DNA of 64,000 nt from NCBI GenBank assembly GCA_951804945.1, contig OX638164.1:7626001-7690000 (forward strand), written 5' to 3'. The first letter of the stretch is position 1. The number at the start of each line of letters is the position of its first letter. This document shows positions 58,603 through 64,000 of the stretch, one piece after another. A program made the position numbers and the translations under genes. This DNA comes from Podarcis cretensis (taxonomy: Eukaryota). The notes under the pieces were generated by a model. It worked only from the letters and a program-made list of their open reading frames with translations. It was not told where the DNA came from and ran no database searches.

Positions 58603-59092
58603 AACCTCTGCTTAAAAACCTCCAATGAAGGAGAGTCCGCCACTTCCCATAGGAGTCTGTTCCACTGTCAATCAGCTCTTATTGTCATAAAGTTCCTATA
58701 TTGTTAGAATCTCCTTTCTTGTAACTTGACTCCATTGGTTCAGGTCCTGCCCTCCAGAGCAGTTGAAAACAAGCTTGCTCCATCTTCCATGTGACAGCCC
58801 TTTAGATATTTGAAAATGGCTATGAGATCTCCTCTCAGTCTCCTCTTTACCAGGCCAAACATACCCAACTCCCTCAACCATTCCTCATAAGGCTTGGTTT
58901 CAAAAACCCTTTATCATCTAGGTTGCCCTCGTCTGCAAATGTTCCAGATTGCCAACATCCTTCTTAAATTGTGGTGCCCAGAACTGAACACAGTACTCTA
59001 GGTGTGGTCTGACTAAGGCACAATAGAATAGTACTATTACTTCCCTTGATCTGGACACTTAACTTCTGTTGATGCAGCCTAGAATAGTACTC
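58603..59092 (-). mobile_element. CR1 LINE ORF2 C-terminal fragment (degenerate)
   Basis: LGCINRS..SRSREVI...[21 protein letters not shown]...YEEWLRELGMFGLVKRRLRGDLIAIFKYLKG. Confidence 0.9.
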
Positions 59093-60047
59093 ATTAACTG
59101 TGTTTGCTTCTGCATCAAACCTGCCTCCTCGCTTTGTCCTGGGGCAGGCGCTCAGCAGCATAAAAAACGAGGTCGCTGCTGGCGAGCACATTTCTGGTTT
59201 CGTGTGCAAGGGTTCTTGAGAATTTCCAACATTTCTTTGCACTGGAATGGGTGGAATAGCTTTGAATGGAGCGCGTGGGAGGCTTTATTGGCCCGATGAA
59301 AACCTGCACACATGCCAAAAGCTGTGAATGAACAGTTAACATGCCTGTGCGGGGGGAGAAGCATGTGTTCAAGGGCCTTCTATGAGGCATTCGTGGACAA
59401 ATTGCAGAAGGGCGCAATATGGTTTTGATCCATTTTGAAAAATGGCAGCGGGTGCGTGCCAGGTTTTTTCTAGGGCCGTCTGCGTAATGGTGAGGGTGAT
59501 TATTATCCAGGCGCTGTTCTGTATTATCCAAGTGGGGGGGATGGAATGACATAGAAACCGTGAACACCTAGCTGTTTCCAGCAACAGGGGTGGGGGGCAG
59601 GGGGCTTATATTGAAATAATGCCAGGCGATCAACCAGGTTGCTGCATTTCAGGGTATGAAAGAGAATAATTCCCCATCTTGCTGGGAGCCGACAGCTGTG
59701 CTACAGCTGTAATCCTGCTCTGATTGACCTCCGTGCTTAGAGACTGCCTACCTCGGAGTGCCAGATGCTGAGGGCAAGCAGCAGAGAATGCCCCATTTCC
59801 CTGGAAGCTGCTGGGTGCAGAGAAAAACGTTGGACTGGATGGGACCTTTTGGCCTAGTCCAGCAGGGTTGTCTTCTTATAAGCCCCCGGAGAGGGTGCCT
59901 AGAACAGGAGTGGGGATCCTCAAGCCCTGGGGGGCTGAATGTGGCCCTCCAGGCATTTCTGTCTGGCCCTCAGAACTCTCCCTGGGCCAGGCAGCTCTGC
60001 CTGGAGATTTAGTGGATTGAACCTTGGACCTTCTGAATGTGATGCAG

Positions 60048-60188
60048 ATACCCCAGTTGGTTAGAGCATGGTGCTAATAATGCCAAGGTTGCAGGTTCAA
60101 TTCCCATTTGGGACAGCTGCATATTCCTGCATTGCGGGGGGTTGGGCTAGATGATCCTCAGGATCCCTTCGAACTCTACAGTTCTATC
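60048..60188 (+). mobile_element. SINE with tRNA-Ile-like head and CR1-like tail
   Basis: cagttggttagagcatggtgctaataatgccaaggttgcaggttcaattccc...tattcctgcattgc...gatgatcc...cccttcgaactctacagttctat. Confidence 0.75.
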
Positions 60189-60910
60189 CTTCCTTCCTTC
60201 CTTCCTTCTTGTAGCTGAGCCCACTCTTTTGAGCTAAGACACTTTTCTGATAAGTAAACTGGGAAGTCTTATCGCCTTTGCTGGAATGCCTCTTTCTGGA
60301 GGCGTGCTAAATTCATGTCCAGCGGTGAACAATACAAAGCAAAAGTTGTTTGTGCAAGTGAGCACTCGGAACAGGATGCAAAAGAGACACGGGTGAACCA
60401 GTTTTGTTCCTCTGCGAGCTTGTAATAACCCGCTCCGCGGCACCTTGGAGATGTTCACTTAATTGAATTCAGTCTGCCGTCAGCTTAACGTCCCTTTGCT
60501 TGGTTGTTAATGAGGCTGGTACTAAGGCTCCTTGGCTCCTTCCCCAGCTTGCAGCAGGAAAGCTCCAAAGACTTGCATGGAAATGTTCAATTTGCTTGGG
60601 CTATTCCTTGAAATCCATTCAAAAGCCAAAGCATCTGCAAGGCAGATGAGCATTGGGCCTGCAGAGAAGTAGCCACCTTGAAACGTAACAGAAGTGGTTC
60701 GGGTTTTTTTTGGGGGGGGAGGGTTTAAGGACCTCTCCAGATGTCTTTTATTGTGCATTCATGATTATTTGTGATCACAATGGTTTGGGGGCAGGTATAT
60801 GCAATCCCACTTTGTTCCTGCAAAAGCTTTGAAGCAGTCATGCTGCCTTTATTTCCAATTGGTGCCTTTTGCATAACTTCCTGCTGAAGCGCTGTAACTT
60901 TATATGAACA

Positions 60911-61159
60911 ACAAGAAGAAGAGTTTGGATTTGATATCCCGCTTTATTACCCGAAGGATTCTCAAAGCAGCTTACATTCTCCTTTCCCTTCCTCCCCCAC
61001 AAAAAAACACTCTGTGAGGTGAGTGGGGCTGAGAGACTTCAGAGAAGTATGACTAGTCCAAGGTCACCCAGCAGCTGCGTGTGGAGGAGCAGAGACGTGA
61101 ACCTGGTTCCCCAAGATTACGAAACTACCGCTCTTAACCACTACACCACACTGGCTCTC
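60911..61159 (-). mobile_element. CORE/Ther1-derived SINE (Squam3-like) with (TTC)n tail
   Basis: Minus strand gagagccagtgtggtgtagtggttaagagc...ccaggttc...ctgggtgaccttgg...cacctcacagagtg...aaactcttcttctt. Confidence 0.75.
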
Positions 61160-63039
61160 ACCACAGATGTTATGCTTTCATGGTGCTATAGTGAAGGAGT
61201 GACCCTCCCATGGCAAAAATGTGGTAACATCAGGGAATCATCACAGAACAACTAATAAAGTTGAATGATGTGTGGATGGTCCAGTATATTGGTGGTCCAG
61301 TATATTGGTGGTCCACCACCAATGCACTGTTACTGCATCAATGACGTGATGCAGAATACTCATGGCAAGAAAACAATAACCCTTTAGCCTGGAGGTATTT
61401 GGCCCAGTGTGTTTTTAAAAGCCACATCACTGTGGGACAGCCTCCCATGCTCAACCGAACTTTCTCACCAGAGTGTCTTTCTATGAAGGTTGGTGACCAA
61501 GCCGCTTGGTTGAGAACAAACTCGCATATGAAGCAGGTGAAAAGCCACACCCACCCAAGGCCTAGTCTCTGCAGCTCCTACGCTCTGTGTAAAAACTGGA
61601 CTGGAACTGTTCCAAGCTCTGCTAATCTGGAACACATAAAACCTGGTCTGGATACCCTTAACATTGCAACCACCACCACTACCTCCCAGAATAAGGGCCA
61701 CACCAGGAGCGTTTGTTTGAGGAGGATCTCAGGTATACTCATGCAATGCCAGTGGCATCGAATTTGCCCTCCACCCCCCCCCAGAGGATTCTGGGTTGTT
61801 TTAGAGGGTCCCCGCTGGAACTGCCTGTGGTTTCTTTATTTTCTGGTTAGTGGAGCAGGGAGCTGGTGCTTAATCTACGAGGCTCCCTGCTCAAGACCCA
61901 CTGAGCAGAAGGTCCCTGTGGATTATGCCCCATGGGTCAGACCTCTCTGTGGATCCTTTGACAACCTTTGACAAATCGTTTTCTAGTTACTGCCAACATG
62001 TGATAAAAGGAAGCTCTCTAATATTTCCTGAGTACGGCAGGTATGAAGAAATTGCGATGGCATATTTACAAGATGTAATAATTGTGCTTGGAACAACTTT
62101 GCTCTTAATATTAATCGCCAGTCTGCAAACTGTCACTGCCCTGCAACACCCCCACCTAGGTTTCCCACAAGTTGAAATAGCAACATGCACCCTGAATTCC
62201 CACTGAAAGTTGTTGGAGAAGGTTTGTCTACATGCCAACCTTGTTTTGCTGGTTGGGGTCTTTTTTTTTTGCCGCTTTACTTTCCCTGCGAAACATTCCC
62301 CCACAACCGTTCAGCAAACTAAGGAATGACATAGCACTAACACAAGCATTTTCTTACAGGTTGCTATGGTTCCCCCACTCTCGGTCTGAACAGGCAATGA
62401 AAGAATCTCCCTCTCTTGGTAACAAGTAGCTTTCCTGGAATTGCTGGAGAATGAAATGGCGGTGCGGCCCCTGTGAATTATCCCGGTAAGTCTTCTATGT
62501 ATTCCAAAACAGTTTAGCTGAAAACACAAGGTTCCCCCCCCCCCCTAATAAATTCATTTTATAAGAAGAGTTCTGCGGTGACAGGCCATAATCCAAACCA
62601 TAATTTAATGGAAAAATCTGCTGGATTATACAGTCTTCAGTAAGCACCAGAAGTTCTGGCCTCAGTTGCATGACATCGGACCCACAATAGCCCCTGGTGG
62701 CTATGAGCCGAGGGGGGAAGAGTATAGGCAACTGGTGTTGAGCAGCACAGTTAGGGGCTGGCAGTCCTCTGCCCCCAACAGCAGCCTCCAGGGTAGGGCA
62801 AAAAGGACCAGTTAGGGAAGCCTCCCTTTTCTGGAATCAAAGAAGAGCCCTGCTAGATGAGACCAGAGGTCTCTCTAGGCCAGTGTCTATCAATTTGCAA
62901 GGTTTTTCTTTTTCATGACAGTTCATCAGCATTTCAATGCAGTTGCCGTCCGTACATTCTACCCGGCCCTCAGAACTCTCCCCGGCCCTCACCACTCACT
63001 GGCCCTGCTTCACACCCCTGTAGTTCCCTGCCTGTAGAA

Positions 63040-63165
63040 CAGTGCTTTCCAAACTTGGGTCTCTAGCTGTTGTTGGACTACAACTCCCATCATCCCTGAC
63101 CACAAGTTCCTGCAAGCTAGGGATGATGGGAATTGTAGTCCAACAATAGCTGGGGACCCAGGTTT
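63040..63165. mobile_element. Palindromic hAT MITE
   Basis: cagtgctttccaaacttggg...ggactacaactcccatcatccct...agggatgatgggaattgtagtcc. Confidence 0.8.
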
Positions 63166-64000
63166 TGCAGGGAGTCCCATAGTGGGCGGAATTGGAGCAG
63201 ACGACAGGCAAAGCTGACTCATTCTCCTTTTGTCCCCATCCTTTTCCCCATTGCCTAGTTCTACAAGGGCAACACAGACTACTGTATAAGGAGGAGGCAG
63301 TTGGAAGGCAGGGCCACCTCCTGGACTGGATGTAAGAAGTCGGGCGGGCAGGTGGAGGCTGAGTTCAGACTGAGGTTAGTGGGGCAGCGCCCCACTCGTC
63401 CTACCAGACCAGCCTCCCGTGTTTCCAAGAATAATTCAGAGCGTTAAAAGGCTGCAGTTTTATCGCTGACATGAATTGGTTAGTACAAGAACAGAACATC
63501 TGTGCATAATATGTGTGCGTGATAAGAGAATTGTTAACGCATGGGTAAATTTTGCAGCTTATTGCTTTGCCTAATGGTGTTAAGTCGGCCTGCACGCTGT
63601 CTCGCTAAGAGGTTCTAATGACATTTCTTTTTCCTTTGCGTACACACACACTATTAATATGGTTCTATTATCTCGTTGGCTTTTGAAATCTTCTGCCTGC
63701 CACGTAATGGAAATGAGATAATGTGATGGAACGCTCCTCCCCCCCCCCAAAAAAACCCTGCCCAATTCATTCCTGATGTAATTTCATCCATCAGTGGAGT
63801 CTGTACCAGAAATAAATGGTATTTTCTTTCTGTGTTTTCAAAGGGGGGAAAGGCAATACTAATAATTGAATTGGTGGTACTTTCTGCTCTTGTGGATTTG
63901 AGGTATTTAACAGCAAAGCATAATACTATGGGTTGCATCTAGTGTTAAGTCATGCTCAGAGTTAGACCAGTTGAAAATAATGGGCATATTTAATACATGT

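Noticed and set aside
61277-61315. Short direct repeats (16-bp unit x2.4; similar local duplications at 15794-15833 and 56909-56940)
   Set aside because: Simple slippage duplications with no spacer structure; not CRISPR-like, and the DNA is eukaryotic.
61399-61971. 190-aa ORF
   Set aside because: TTG start, no domain and no convincing exon boundaries.

Overview
Vertebrate (eukaryotic) genomic DNA, almost certainly from a squamate reptile and probably a lacertid lizard, judged from seven copies of the Sauria SINE with (ACCTTT)n tails. Bases 1 to ~9,730 hold the 3' end of VEZF1 on the + strand: a poly-Q exon (1679-1831), a 45-nt in-frame cassette exon missed by the ORF track (6525-6569), the terminal coding exon (7264-7691) and a ~2 kb 3'UTR. 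A CpG island with a strong splice donor (~16.7-18.1 kb) marks the promoter and first exon of the next gene. By mammalian synteny this should be CUEDC1, but that is an inference because no coding exon of it is visible. The rest of the window looks like one long, repeat-rich first intron. The dominant feature is a full-length, apparently intact and very young LTR retrotransposon on the - strand (47309-54770). It has 1073-bp LTRs differing at one base, a 5-bp TSD and a single ~1670-aa ORF. The ORF has a SCAN-like capsid and the Gmr1-type domain order PR-IN-RT-RH, with integrase upstream of RT, which is unusual for Ty3/Gypsy. Other notable observations: an imperfect tRNA-Leu PBS with a second, perfect 10-nt match inside the LTR; two independent SINE insertions at the same base of a Tigger-like MITE terminus; a candidate RFX/ETS/NF-Y alternative promoter with downstream exons; and a possible decayed HDV-like ribozyme fold. 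I cannot support a wholly new biological system from sequence alone. The strongest items belong to known classes, and the more novel ones are hypotheses. Family names come from recall, not from database searches.
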